Positions 25,462 to 38,950 of a stretch of DNA of 64,000 nt are shown here, one piece after another. How positions within the stretch are numbered: the first letter of the stretch is position 1; each line of letters opens with the position of its first letter. The stretch spans positions 27,220,001-27,284,000 of the forward strand of contig NC_087436.1 of assembly GCF_036321535.1 (NCBI RefSeq), written 5' to 3'. Under the pieces are notes generated by a model that made no database searches, had not been told where the DNA came from, and was given only the letters and a program-made list of their open reading frames with translations. The DNA comes from Camelus dromedarius. Taxonomy: Eukaryota. Position numbers and translations under genes: made by a program.

Positions 25462-28400
25462 ATTTTTTAATTACTTTTCTTATTTAGATGAAATTAACAT
25501 AATATACAATTAAATATTTTAATTTATAATTTAGTGTACAATGTACAATTTAGTGGCAGTTGGTCCTTTTGCAATGTTGTATAACCACCACCTCTCTAGG
25601 ATCAAAACTTTTTCACTGTCTCACAGAAACACCATATCTGTTAAGCAATTTTTCTTCATCCCCCTCCCTATACACTGGCAATTGCTAATCTACTTTGTGT
25701 CTCTATGGATTGGCCTGTTCTGGATAAGTCATATAAAAGTAAGCATACAATAATATGAACGTTTCATGTCTGGCTTCTTTCATTTTGCATAGTGTTGGTG
25801 ATGTTCACTCGAATTGTTGAATGTATCAGTACTTCATTCATTTTTATGACTGAATAATTTTCCATTGTATGTATAACCATCATTTATTTATCCATTTATC
25901 TGTTGGTGGACATTTCTGTTGTTTCTACCATCTGGCTATTGTGAATAGTGTTGCTATAAAAATTTATGAATATCTGAGTATCAGTTTTCACTTCTATTAG
26001 ATATGTACCTAGGAAAGGAATTACTGGATCATATGATAATTCTGGTTTTAACTTTTTCAGAAACCACCAAATTGTATTCCACACAGTAGTACCATTTTAT
26101 ATTCTCACCATCAATGCATGAAGGTTCCTATTTATCCATGTTCTTAACAGTTGTTACATTATTAGTTATTGTTACCATTATTTTTAATAAATGTTTTCCT
26201 TGTTGGAGTAGAGTGGTAACTCATTGTGGCTTTGATTTAGATTTCCTTAATGGTCATCTTTCCATGTGCTTTTTGGTCATTTGCATATTTTCTTTGGAGA
26301 AATATCAAAGCCCTCTAAAAATTAAATTGTCTTTTTTGTTAACTTACAAGAATTCTCTGTATATTCCGGATACTAAACTCATCAGATTTGTAATTGCAAA
26401 TATTTTTTATCCCATTCTGTAGGTTATATTTTCACTTTCTTGATAATGTCTACTTCAGACTGAAAGTTTGTGTCCCCCCCAAATTCATATGTTAAAAGTT
26501 AATCCTCACTGAGTTGGTATTTGGAGGTGGAGCATTTAGGAGGGAGTTAGGTCATGAGAGTAGAGGCTAATGAATAAAATTAATGCCCTTGTAAAAGATA
26601 TTCCAGAAAGTTTCCCTTTCTCATTCTGCCATATGTGGACACAGGGAGAAGAAGAACATCTGTGAGCTGGGAAGCAGACCCTCATCAGACACCTGATCTG
26701 TTGGTGCTTTTATCTTAGACTTCCCAACCTCCAGTACTGTGAGTAATACATTTCTGATGTTTATAAGCCAAATAGTCTATGGTATTCTGTTATTGCAACC
26801 CAAATGTTCTAAGATAATGTCATTTGATGCATGAATCTTTAATTTTATGAAGTCTAACATATCTATTTTTTGTTGTTGTTGCTTGTGCTTTTGGTGTACA
26901 ATCTAAGAATCCATTGCAATTCTGAGGTCATGAAAATTTACTCCTATGTTTTCTTCTAATAAATACTTTTATTAGTTTAGCTCTCAAAGTTGTTCATCTA
27001 TTTTTGAGTAAATTTTTGTTTATGAGTTGAGGTTGAGAGTCTGACTTGATTTTTTTTTTTTTTAACCATATGCCTATCCTATTATTCTAGTACCATTTGT
27101 GCAGAGAGATTCTTTTCTCTCATTGAATGATCTTGGCACTCTTTTCAAAAAAAATCAATTGGCCAAAAATATTTAGGTTCCTTCTAAATTCTTAATTCCA
27201 TTTCATTGCTCTCTATGTTTGTTCTTAAGCCAGTACCACACTGTTTTGATTATTGTAGCTTTGTAGTAAATTTTGAAATCAAGATGTAGGTCTTTCTACT
27301 TAGTTTTTTTTGTATGTTTCTTTGTTTTCAGTACTGTTTTGACTATTTAGGGCCTCTTGCAATTCCATGTGAATGTGAGGATCAGCATTTCCATTTCCTA
27401 TATAGAAAAGCCATTGGAATTTTCATAGTGATTGCATTGAATGTGTAGATTGCTTTGGGGACTGTTGTAATCTTAACAATATTAAGTCCATGAACATGTC
27501 ATGCCTTTACATTTAGATATTCTTTAGTTTATTTAATCAATAGTTTATAATTTTCACTGTACAAATCTTTTACGTCACTGGTTAAATTTATTACTAGCTA
27601 TTTTATTCTTTGGGATACTATACCAATTAAAATTATTTTCCTAACTTTCTTTACATGTTAATTGCCTGTGTATAGAAACACAACTGATTTTTTTGAGTTG
27701 ATTGTATACCTTGCAACTTTGCTGAATTCACTTATTAGCACTAGTAGCTTTCTTTGGAATTTTCTTTATAAAATCAAGAATAGAATAGAAATAATTTTAC
27801 TTATTCTTTTCCAATTTGACTGCCTGTTATTTCTTTCTCTTGCCTAATTGCTCTGGCTAGAACTTCCAATACAATGTTGAAAAGCAGTGATGAAAGCAGA
27901 TATTTTTGTTTTGTTCCTGATCTTAGGGGAAAACTATCAATCTTTCACAATTGAGTATGATGTTAAATGTGCGTTTTTCATAAATGATACTAGTCATGTT
28001 AAGGAAGTTCTATCTACCCCTCATTTTCTGAGTATTTTTATCATAAAAGGGTGTTGAATTTTGTCAGATGCTTTTTCTGCATGTATTGAGAGAACCATGT
28101 ATTGTTTTCTTCCTTCATTCTATTAATGTGATTTATTACTTTGATTTTCTTTTATTGAACTAATATTTCGCATCTGTGATAAACCTCATTTAATCGAGAT
28201 GTATAACTTTTTAAATGCATTATCAAGTTTCGCATACTAGTCTTTTGCATCTATATTCATGAGATATATTAGCCTGTAGTTTTGTTTTGTTTTGTTTTTT
28301 TCATCTTAAATTTCTTTTCATTCACTGGCTTTGGTATCAGGGTAATTCTGGCCTCATACAATGTGTTAGGAAGTGTTCATTCATTTTCTATTTTTTTGAA

Positions 28401-28730
28401 AGAATTCAAGCAGGATTAATTCTTCTTAAGAATTTGGCAGAATTCACCCGTGAAGTTAACTAGTTCTGTACTTTATTTACTGGGAGGTTTTCAATTAAGT
28501 TTCTTGTTAAAGATCTGTTGAGATTTTCTATTTATTTTTGATTCAGTTTTGATAATTTTTGTGTTTCTAGGAATGTATCCATTTCTTCTAGATTCTCTAA
28601 ATTGTTGTCACACAGTTTTTTTTAATATTCACTTATTATCCCTTTTATTTATATAAGGTCACTGTTTTTGTCCTAGTTTTATTTCTAGTTTTTGCTATTT
28701 GCTTCTTAATTTTTTGTTTCTTCATTTAAC
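25462..28730 (-). mobile_element. L1MB-like element, ~3.2 kb (3' UTR and much of ORF2), interrupted by MLT1A
   Basis: ORF 25896-26084 'WWFLKKLKPELSYDPVIPFLGTY' is L1 ORF2p. L1MB 3' UTR motifs 'atctactttgtgtctctatggattggcctgttctgga' and 'gtatcagtacttcattcatttttatgactgaataa'. Confidence 0.9.
26451..26816 (+). mobile_element. MaLR LTR (MLT1A/A0-like) nested in L1
   Basis: 'gtttgtgtcccccccaaattcatatgtt...ggtatttggaggtgg...gcagaccctcatcagacac...ttagacttcccaacctccag'. 5-bp TSD ATGTC at 26446-26450 and 26817-26821. Confidence 0.9.
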
Positions 28731-28734
28731 TAAG

Positions 28735-29110
28735 TAATTGACAGAAACCAACCCTGAGGAAGCCTAGACATTAGACTTACTAATAGACTAACTGTCTTAA
28801 ACATTCTCTAAAAGCTGTAATAAATTATGAACAGAGAGTGAAGGAAACCAGGAAAATTAATAGAGATTATCAATAAAGAGAGAGAAATTATAAAAAGAAA
28901 ACTAATAGATACTGTGGAGTTGAAAACTGTAATATCAGACATGCAGAAAATCACCATAAAGAATCAACAGCAAATTTAAGCAGAAACAAGAAAAAATCAG
29001 CAAAATTAGATATAGGGCAGTTGAAATTACACACTATAGGAGCAGAAAGAAAAAAAAATGAAGAAAAACAGAACCAAGGGAACTATGGGATATTATCACC
29101 AACATACACT
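28735..29110 (+). mobile_element. Old L1 ORF1 fragment (coiled-coil region)
   Basis: 'acagaaaccaaccctgaggaagcctagacattagacttacta', 'ctgtggagttgaaaactgtaata', 'gagcagaaagaaaaaaaaatgaagaaaa'. Confidence 0.72.
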
Positions 29111-30079
29111 TTTCTATTAGAATTTTATTAATTTTGTACTTAAACTCTACATTCATACACAAGGAATGATTGCTGGATGAGAGTTCCTAAGTCTGTTCTC
29201 TGCACTTTTGCTCTTATTATTTATGTTTACTTTCCCTTCAGTCAAAGAAATACATACATAGGCATTATGGAAAACAGAAAAAAAATTTAATTCTATAATC
29301 TCCTGATAAAAGGGACTAGTATATAATTTTCCTATTATACAAGTAACCTAAATATTCATAATCAAATAAGCTGCATAATTATTCAATATTTAATAATTTA
29401 TTGAAAATATTCAGTGAAAATGAGTTTCTGAGACAAGAATCTAATATAATTAAGATTATATGACAAGGCCTATATGTGTAATTAATTTATTTTTAATAAA
29501 TTTTAACTGTTAGTAATACACATTTGACATTTAACATATAAGCTACCATGCTATTTATATCAATTAACACACTTATGTAATGTCAATTTGCAGTTTAAAG
29601 ATTAATTACTATGAAATCAATTTGCCATAGACTACTATTTAAATGTTAATGTGTCAAAATTCTTTGTGATTACAAGGCAAGCATTCAATTTAGTCATATG
29701 AACATTTATTATTTATATTATGTGTGAAATAGCCAATAGCAAAATAATTTTCTGAATGTATATGTCAGTAGCAAAAGTTATTTTGAAATAAAATATACTG
29801 ACATAAAATCAAATTTTATGTCAGTTTTAAAGAATCAATAGCTTATTGATAAATAACATCTCAGAACTTCTTTTTAATCATCCATTATATTATGTTTTTA
29901 TGACTGTAATTATTCTAAGAATATGTAGAACAACAGTAAAAAGATGGAGCCAGAAGGTAAATTCACGTAAGAATCAGTTAATGAGAAACAGAACATAATT
30001 TAGGACTTAGCTTGTTATCTTTCTACTGTGTTTATTTGTGGCCTAGAGAACAGCTGCTCTGTATCGAGACTGGCATTGC

Positions 30080-30500
30080 ATTGAAACTGTTTCCACTGCA
30101 GCAGGTGATGAGAACCCGAGTTCAGACTGGCTTAGATGAAAAGGCATATGTGTCGTCTTATATAAAATATAATGATGCCTGTGGAGACACAGTACCACAG
30201 CATCAGGAGATTAGGACCCTCTCTCCCTGTCTCTGTCTCCCTCACCCTTTCTCATCTTGGTCTGGCTTTCCTCTCAGTTGACATTGCTTCTAGGCCGGCT
30301 TTCAACCTGATAGATATTCTCTAACTCAGACTTAAATTTTCCAAAGTTAAAAATTGTGCATGTCCTTCTCAGCCAATTAATTCAAACTGAGTTCCATGCA
30401 CGTGGGCTGGGTCATATGCCCATCTCTGAACAAATAATTATGGTCAGTGAATAAAATATACATACTTATAAGGGCTAAATCATATAACCACTACTAGTGA
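30080..30500 (-). mobile_element. Old MaLR LTR fragment (MLT1J/K/L-like)
   Basis: 'tcagactggcttagatgaaaagg' and 'gggtcatatgcccatctctgaacaaataattatggtcag'. Confidence 0.5.
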
Positions 30501-31399
30501 TCTCCAAAGAGCCTGGAATTAAAAACCGCAAAAATGAAGAAAAAATAATAAAGGGGCAGAGTAGAAGAACAAATATACAAAAAAATCTCCCGCTGATCAT
30601 AAAACTGAATTATTGACTTCCCTCTGCATTACATTTTTTTCGGTTTCATGTACTAATTGGTTTATAAAGCACACTGTAAATAACCAACACCAATCAAGAA
30701 GTATGTTCAGGAATATTTTAAATACTTTTACCAGAAAAAGGGAAATATGCTGGGCAAGCAAAACCACAGATACCCACTATCAGAACAGGTCTCACTTAGA
30801 TATTTCTAAAGCCATAATCCAGGAAAAAGAAAACTCAGTTCTAAATTGAAACAATAAAGAAATACCCTGAAGACTAATAAGACACAGTTGTAAGCTGAAA
30901 ACACTATGCTGCCTGCCAGTTTGTGGTTGTGTCATAAAAGTTCCAGGAGAAAAGCATACAGATATATACTTTAGTTCTTCTCATAATAGAGAAATAGGTT
31001 TACAGAAATGTAACTATTACTAGGAAATCAAGTAAGAAGACATATTAATAGCATATTAATAGGGGAAATGTTTAGTAAAATGTGGTATAGATGGTAGGTA
31101 GATACTGCTGAAAGTAAAGTGGAATGTACTAGATGCACTCCACCAAAATAGTTAATCCTCCAAATGACTTGTTGGATTTAAAGCAAGGTACAGAAAATAT
31201 ACAATTAAATAACATTTGCATTAAAAAAAAAGCATAAGAATACTATATAATTTGTAGAGTGATGGTACTGGTCAGAAGATTTATTGCCTCTGGGAGGAAA
31301 ACAAGAGGAGACTAGGACAAAGGGAAACGATCAGATAACTTCTGTACCATGCGCTATATTCTGATTTCTCAGAAGGACAGCTTTTTCATATGTGATGTT

Positions 31400-31750
31400 A
31401 ACTTGTCAGGTCATAAATAGAACAGAGCAAGAATGCATAGACAGGGAGGAGAAGATAAAGTATAGAACCTCAGGGAAACTCTGAGTAGATGAAAGTAAAA
31501 GCGGGAAGAGGATACGGAACAAGACAGAGAAGCAGCTGAGAGAGGAGCCGGCCTCTCAGATACTGGGGAGGCGAGGAGTCACATTCAAGAAGGGGGTCCC
31601 AGTGACTTGTGTTCTAGAGAATGAGGGCTGTGAGAACTGAAGATCCAGGAGACTGAGGCCAAAAGTTGAAGTAAAAAAGGCAAGTCAGATTACTGCCATT
31701 TTAAATAGAAAGGTGGAAAGTGAGGTAGTTGGGTCAGCAACAACACTCTG
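31400..31750 (-). mobile_element. L2 fragment
   Basis: Purine-rich antisense L2 motifs 'gagaactgaagatcc' and 'aaggcaagtcagattactg'. Confidence 0.42.
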
Positions 31751-31799
31751 ATGGTTTTAATAGTAAGATTGTTTCAGTTGTCTGTACAGTACTCTGTAT

Positions 31800-31960
31800 G
31801 CAGTCGCTGGCCCTTGACTTACATATATTTAATCTTCACACAATGTTGGGAGGTTGGCACTATTATTTTCCCTGTTTTTAGACATGTTTTAGTCAAAGGT
31901 ACAGCAAGATTAAGTAACTTTCCTAAGGTTTCAAAGTTAGTGCTAGTCTATCCAGTTCTG
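31800..31960 (-). mobile_element. MIR SINE fragment
   Basis: 'atttaatcttcacacaa...ggcactattattttccctgtttttaga...ttaagtaactttcctaaggt'. Confidence 0.62.
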
Positions 31961-33540
31961 ATGCCGCATGCAAACTACAGAATCAATGTTTGAACGCTGT
32001 GTTTGTTACATGGCAAGACGTCAAGTGCCAACTGAGACAAAGAGAGAATGATTCCTTAATCAGGGTTAGAGGGATGTAAATTCCAATTACATACTGAAAT
32101 GAATTGTGCCTTAAATTTTGTTTGGTTTTGGTCATGGTAGACAGAAGAAATGATTCAAAGGAGAAAAAAAAAAAAAAAAGATGATCCAGAACATTTGAGT
32201 AAAATCTGAGTTGTAAGATTGGAGATGGAATCAAGGATGTAAGTGGGGTGATTAGCTTTGTAGAAGAAGAAGAATCAGTTTTGAGATAAAGAAAAGGGAG
32301 TGAGAGTCATGGAATCATGATCCCTAAGAAGAGAAACTGAAGGTTTTCACAAAATGGAGAGCAAATTTGTCTGCAGAGAGTGAGGGGGAGAAGGTTGAGG
32401 AGAATAGTTTGTATTTAAAACTTGAAAAATATCTGGGAGCACTAATTAGAGATTATTGTTGTTTGTTAAGAATAAAAGCTCTAGATTGAATAGCAATGAA
32501 TAGGTAATGGAATCAATCAGCCTGGTTTTGTTATTTTTGGTAGCATCCATCCAGAGTACTATGGTGTTAATCTTATAAGAATATTCAGTGAGAAACAAAA
32601 AATAGATTAAATGTATTAAACAAGAAGGATGTCATTTTCAGTAATTTGTAGGTTTTTATGCAAATGATATTATTTTCATCTTATGTGGTATCTCTTCATT
32701 TACTCCATTATTCAGTTTCTACATTCTGCCACATTATAATTTAAACTCAACACATCTTAATTTCTTAATGTTCAGTAACATATTTTAACAAGACAGCATT
32801 AAAAATTAACCTTGCAGAACAAAGCAGTTAAAGTTTTAGCTTTATGATAATGTATACAGATATAGTAAGGAAATAGATTTACATTTTAATATATATTTTT
32901 GGAAATATTAAAAAGAAAGATATTTTAAAATTGGTTTTTTTCTCATAAATTTCTGTTTGAAATAATTTAATTATATTGAAAAATAGTATTTTTAATACTA
33001 CTATATTTTTTAAAAGGCTTCAGAAAAGCTTCACATGCAGCCTTAAATACATGCAACCCTAAAGCAAAATTATGCCTAAGAAATTGAAAATATTGAGGAT
33101 GATAGTTCAAAGTAAAGATACTTACCATTAATTGAGGCTTATCATAACTTTAAAACATGTATCAGAAAACAAAACATAGGATGTTAGATTATAAACTATC
33201 TGTAGGGTACGCTACACTTCATCATACAAATTCCTTATTATACATCATATAGATTATATTAAAAATGGCCAACAGTGTAATATATTGATATATAAATTGG
33301 TACATAAATTTTCGATAAAGTATTTATCATCATGCCACTGCTAGATTACCCTTAATAAGTGGGTAAGCCAAGTTATAACTATTCTCCTAGACTTGCCTTT
33401 CCAACCTTCTCCTGCTGACTTTTCATTTATTGAGTTATTTATTCCGTCAGCAATCACTGCTATGTTAAAACAAGATGCCATGTGCTGTTAATTCAATACG
33501 GAATAAAAATAGAGAGACTTCTACTACAAAGCAGAGTCTA

Positions 33541-33929
33541 TGACGCAAATGAACTTGTTTACAAAACAGAAACAGACTCACAGACATAGAAAACAAACTT
33601 AGGGTTACCAGGGGGAAAGGGGTGTTGGAGAGATAAATTGGGAGTTCAGGATTTGCAGACACTAACTACTATATATAAAATAGATAAACAACAAATGTCC
33701 TACCGAATAGCACAGGGAACTATGTGCAATGTCTTGTAATAGCCTATAATGGAAAAGAATATGAAAACTAATATACACACGTATAACTGAATCACTATAC
33801 TGTACACCAGAAATTAACACATTGTAAATCGACTATACTTCAATAAAAAAAAAATAAGTAAATAAGAAGTGAACTAAATTTGGGAACTACTGGGTGTAAA
33901 TAAAGTTAGAAAAGATTTTGCAGAAAGAA
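33541..33929 (+). mobile_element. Young 5'-truncated L1 3' end with ~75-bp 3' extension
   Basis: Well-preserved L1 tail ending 'gactatacttcaataaaaaaaaaa' (33854). TSD AAAGCAGAGTCTA(T/C)GA at 33528-33543 and 33930-33945. Confidence 0.95.
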
Positions 33930-33984
33930 AAAGCAGAGTCTACGATAAGGTAACTCTAGGCAGCAACTAGAAAATGGCAGACTT

Positions 33985-34150
33985 TGTGTTAAAGTGCTTT
34001 GCATGCAGTAATTCAAGCATCATCTTAACAAACCTGTGAGTTGTGCGCTACTACCACTGTTACTTTACAGTGAGATAACGTAAGTTCAGTAACTTGGTAC
34101 CCTCAGAGCCAGGAAGTAGTAAAGAGGGAAACAGGGTTGAGACAGAACAA
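33985..34150 (-). mobile_element. MIR SINE fragment
   Basis: 'aagtgctttgcatgcagtaattca...catcttaacaaacctgtgag...tttacagtgag...agtaacttgg'. Confidence 0.55.
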
Positions 34151-34194
34151 ATTCTCTATATAGTCCCACACGAAACACACTCTTCACCAATTTT

Positions 34195-34300
34195 TAAATG
34201 TCTGCCTTCTGCCTGGAGTGATGTCTTTGCTTTTATTCTCAGCATAATTGTTATCACCCTTTATATGGTAGGTTCAATAAATATTAGTAAAATGAATGAA
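34195..34300 (+). mobile_element. L2 3' terminus
   Basis: 'ggtaggttcaataaatattagtaaaatgaatgaa'. Confidence 0.5.
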
Positions 34301-37300
34301 ATAATGTTTGTTTCTCTCAATGTCATATCTGGGCATAACCATGAAATGGATTATCTAGTTCTAGGTACTGTCTCCGGCTGCCTTGTAAGATTGCATTTCC
34401 TTTTTGTCCCAAAGGCCCCTAATGATTTGTGCCAGAGCACACAGTCCTCCAATGCATAGGTCTCGGGACTTCATCAAACACTTTTCCTATCAGTACAATA
34501 AATTTTGACCACACCTATTGAACATGTATTTGCTGATTATAAATTATATACATGTTAAAACTATAATGCAGATACAGTCATTTTCAAAGACTGAGCTAAA
34601 GTTGAAATTCTTTAAAAATATATTGAAATGACTTCTGGGTTGTGAAGTTTGATGTGATCATAAATTGATTCTCAAGGCATAATGCACCTGAAATGAGGTT
34701 CATGAACAATAGTGGATATAAGTCTTTATATCAAAAAGTTTTCTTAATTCTTTAAGTTTCAGACCCCAGTAGATAACCAGGGCTTTTATCTTGTAGGAAA
34801 GACTGATTGTGATCCCACAGTTAAGTGCAGAAATGTCAGCTCTACCAGTCTTGTTTCCTTAGACTTATATATTATTATCTTCAACCTAGTTTATTTAGAA
34901 GAATCTTTAAAATAACCTTTGTATTTTATGGAGTTTGCCTTAGTTTAACTTAAAATAGATGGTATAATATATATTAGTACTGGAGACACCACTGTCAGCA
35001 TCCTCGTTCTTCTCTCAAATTACCATTAGTACCTTACCTGAAACATGATTATCGGAAATATAATTTGCCATCTGTGCAAATCCATGTATAAAATATTGAA
35101 AAGTTTAACTTATTTTTAATATAGAAATTACCAGAAATATGAATTGTGTTTTTCCTGCATCCTAATGGCTTAGTGTGCATATCCCCTGGTGTGCACACCA
35201 CACACACTGAAGTCCACAACTTAGGGAAAACACACTTAGGGGCCTGTCGTGTTTGAACATTAGGTCCATTTCTACATGTTCTGGGCCACATTCATGTTTT
35301 GCCAATAAGGAAAATAAGGGAGATTAACTGACCCAATCTGTACTAAGAATAAAACTGCTTACTGTGTTCATGCTCTATGCCTTTGGGGACTGTAGGATAT
35401 GTTGTGACAAAAGCTTTTATCAGCACTATGTGTCCTGATCCCTTGGGTCTGACTTTGTTATCTTGTCTGTTATACTATGTAGTTTTTGAGTCCTTGGTCC
35501 TGGCACACTGGTAGGTCATTGTGGAAACGCAGATACTTAGGTGGAGGGGATGGTGGTGGAATAGCTCTCTACCACTGGTAACTCTAGGAATACTACACTC
35601 TTGTTTTTAAACAGCCATTTTTGGCACTTTTCTTTTGCACCTATGGATAAAAGGGATTAATAGTTTTTAAAACTCTCTGTATATGTTGTCACAAAACAAA
35701 ATCTAAATTGTTTGCAGGTTGGCTTAAATCCTTGGAGGATTAATAGTGTGTTTACTATAGCATAACTCATTCCATTCAGGGCAATGTGACTTAGTTTTAG
35801 GGAGATGTATACAAAATTTAACAATATCATAATTGCACTACCAAGAAGTATTCCTTTATAAAACTAACACTGAAATTATTTCTATCAAGTAGTCAAAGTA
35901 TAGTTAAATGTAAAAATTTTAAAGATTTGCAACAAATTAATTTGACCTATTTACTTGCATAGGGTATACGTGTATGTGTGCGCTTGTATGTATAGTTTGT
36001 ATACATAGTCATATAAAGTACATAATATCTGTGTAAATAAATCAAATTAAATAATACAACTCAAAATTATACACACAAATATGCACACGCACATATACAT
36101 ATATATGAATACACACAGAGAGATATATGAAATGTATGAGAAATATATGAATATAGAGAAAGAGATTATATTTTTATATTTCAGATTATTATGGCTTTGC
36201 ACTTACTATTCTGCTCAATTATTTATGATCAAGATTGTGCCTTGCTAGTACAACTAATATAAAAACAATGTACTCATCTTTTACCTGGACTGGATCCTAT
36301 TTGTCTGAATTTGGTAAGCCACATAGTTTATCCTTCAAGAAATGAATACCATCCAAAGATGAGTAGAAGAAAATATGTAAAATTAAAGGCAGGTTACAGA
36401 TTACAGAGAGTGGAATTTTTTTTCTGGGACCAGAAAAGTTACCTACTGTGCTTTTATATGGGGACACAGCTTTCAGGGTGAGTTAACATGGTAAAATAAT
36501 GGAGTCAGGGAAGAAAGCCTTTTCTCAAGTACAGCATGGTTATTAGCAACGCCTCCTTCAGAAACTTCTCTTTCTGCTGCCTGTCCCTTCCTCTATTGCT
36601 TTTCTCTATGTTGGCTGTATCTCCTCTGAGTTTCCTTAGTCAGATCGTATCATTGTTCTCTATCCCTAAATATGAAACTTCCTTGTTGAGAACAGATTCC
36701 ATTCCATCGGGCTCTTCAAGCTCAAGTTTATGAATAACTTCCATTCTTTCAATAAATACTTATTGAAAGTCTGTATATGTAGGGATACAGTATCAGTATA
36801 TCATTTTATTATTGTCTTTTGTTTCCTTCAAGAGGGGAAATCATGCTGAATCTATTGTTACAAATGAAATGAGCTACATGCTACTTTTATGTTGGAAAAA
36901 AATTGTGCCTTCACAACTATGATTTTACCTTTGTAATATTCTTCAATGGAAATTTTTACTTTGAAATGAATCAATCTCTCACCTTTGAGAATTTTGGCGG
37001 CAATCGACAGGGTTTGCAAGTCATTCCTCTGCAGGGTTATTGGAAAAAGAAAGAGCTAAATGATGAGGGGGAAAGGAAGAAAATCACAAAGTTGAACAGG
37101 AGATCTTATGATTATGTCTTAAAATATATAAAAACATTAAAGAAGCTGAAAAGGAGGAAACAGAGAACTTACACACGTACTACTGAAACAACTGAGGTGG
37201 AGGAAGCCGCCATGGGTCTGAAAGGGTGGGCAGTCTGTGCATAAGAGCCATATTTCTTAGACCAGGGGCCAAGGGGAGAGCTTACTCTTTGGGTGGTTCT

Positions 37301-37889
37301 TAATTAATCACAACCTCAGATAAGATTCAAATACTTGATTCAAGGGAGAAACAAATAAGCATAAGGCTTCAACAGGAGTAAAACAACTTTACTAGAATCT
37401 CAGTGTAACTGAAAGGAAGAGAAACCTTAGAACAATTTTTAGTGAACAATAAATTATAAATCTGACTGCAGATTCAAGATGCCATTTTGCAGATTCTTTG
37501 GTTGCATTGTAGTAGATTCAAAATCGCTTATAAAGAATTACTGTAACTTTATGAAAAGTATCTCATTCTTTTAACATTCTGTTTTAAAGTCTTTTTCAAT
37601 TAAAATAAAACCTCATACTACTTGAATTCATATGTCTAATTCATCAGGGCCTCTACACACATCTAGAAAAGGAATGGGATATCTACTATGATTACTCCAT
37701 ATCTAGTCATTCTTAATTATAGAATCTAAGTGAAATTTTTCTTTATAAAGATGTCATCACCAATATATTTCATGAGATTGATAGTTCTTACATATGATAC
37801 ATGTTTCACATATAAATTTGAAGTGTTCCTCTGTACTCTGAACATCTTGTAGTTTTGAAATTCATTAACTCCACAAAGACTTGCTTTGG

Positions 37890-38950
37890 CAAGCTTTTGG
37901 GCCATGTACTGGGAATTTCTATGCTGAACATGCTAGACATGTTGCCTGCCATAAAGGAACTAAGAAACTACTGGGGGAATTGCTTCTAATTCTGAAGTAA
38001 AAAAGCAATTACAGCACAGGACACCACTGAGGCTCATAGCTCCCGAGAAGCCCATTTGGTTGTTTATAATGACATCTGGGACGAAGTAGTGTCTAAAATA
38101 AGATCAATTTAAGATGAGTAGGGTTAGCTGATAAATTAGGAGGAGATAAAGAGTATATTTCTAGCAGAAGTAAGAGTCAGAGCAGTATCATTTATATGTG
38201 GAAACTAAAAACCATGACAAGTTAGTGACTATAACAAAAAAGAAGCAGACTCACACACACAGACAATAAACCAGTGGTTACCAGTAGGGAGAGGAAAGTG
38301 GGAGGAGCAACATGGAGAAGAGTAAGAGGTACAATTATTATGTGTGAAAAAAAGCTACAAGGATACATTGTACAATTCAGGTAATATAGCTATTATTTTA
38401 TAATAACTGTAAGCGGAGTATAACCTTTAAAAATTATGAATCACTATATTGTACACCTATAACTTATATAATATTGTGCATCAGCTATAACTTAATAAAA
38501 AAAAGTTTATAACAAAAGCAAAGTTTATAAAGGAACTCAAAGTTTGCCTGGAAGAAGCAGAAAGAGGGGGTGGCTAGTGCCAGAGAGTAAGTAGGAACCA
38601 GACCAAGAGTGTAAGGAAGAAAGAGAGAGGGATTATGAGTAATGCCTGGGGTTCTTGTTTAAGCATTTGGGTACAGTTGATGGGTGCCACTTACTGAGAT
38701 AGAGAATTTATAGGAAAGATTATTTGAAGGACGTGTCAACTTAAGTTTTTGTATATATTGGGCTGAGGGATTTTGCGATCATACATATTGAGATGTCTTG
38801 TAGGTACTTGGTATTCTGAGAGAAAATTGAACTGGAGGAAAAAATGTGGAACTCGTCAAAAAATAGTTGATAATTAAGTAATGGGTGTAGGTATATTTCT
38901 GCATGGGTACTATAGAGAATAATTAGGACTCAGGATATAATTCATACAAC
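37890..38950 (-). mobile_element. L2 fragment interrupted by an L1
   Basis: Antisense L2 motifs 'gttgatgggtgccacttactgagatag', 'tggagatgtc'-like 'ttgagatgtcttgtaggtacttgg', and 'taaagatgagtagg'-like sequence at ~38110. Confidence 0.55.
38185..38505 (+). mobile_element. 5'-truncated L1 3' end (same subtype as 11731)
   Basis: 'aaaaaagaagcagactcac...agtggttaccagtagggagagg...gagtataacctttaaaaattatgaatcactatattgtacacc...aataaaaaaaa'. No convincing TSD. Confidence 0.9.

Noticed and set aside
35965..36120. Long hairpin or pre-miRNA from TG-rich and CA-rich arms
   Set aside because: The complementarity comes from low-complexity alternating purine-pyrimidine sequence.
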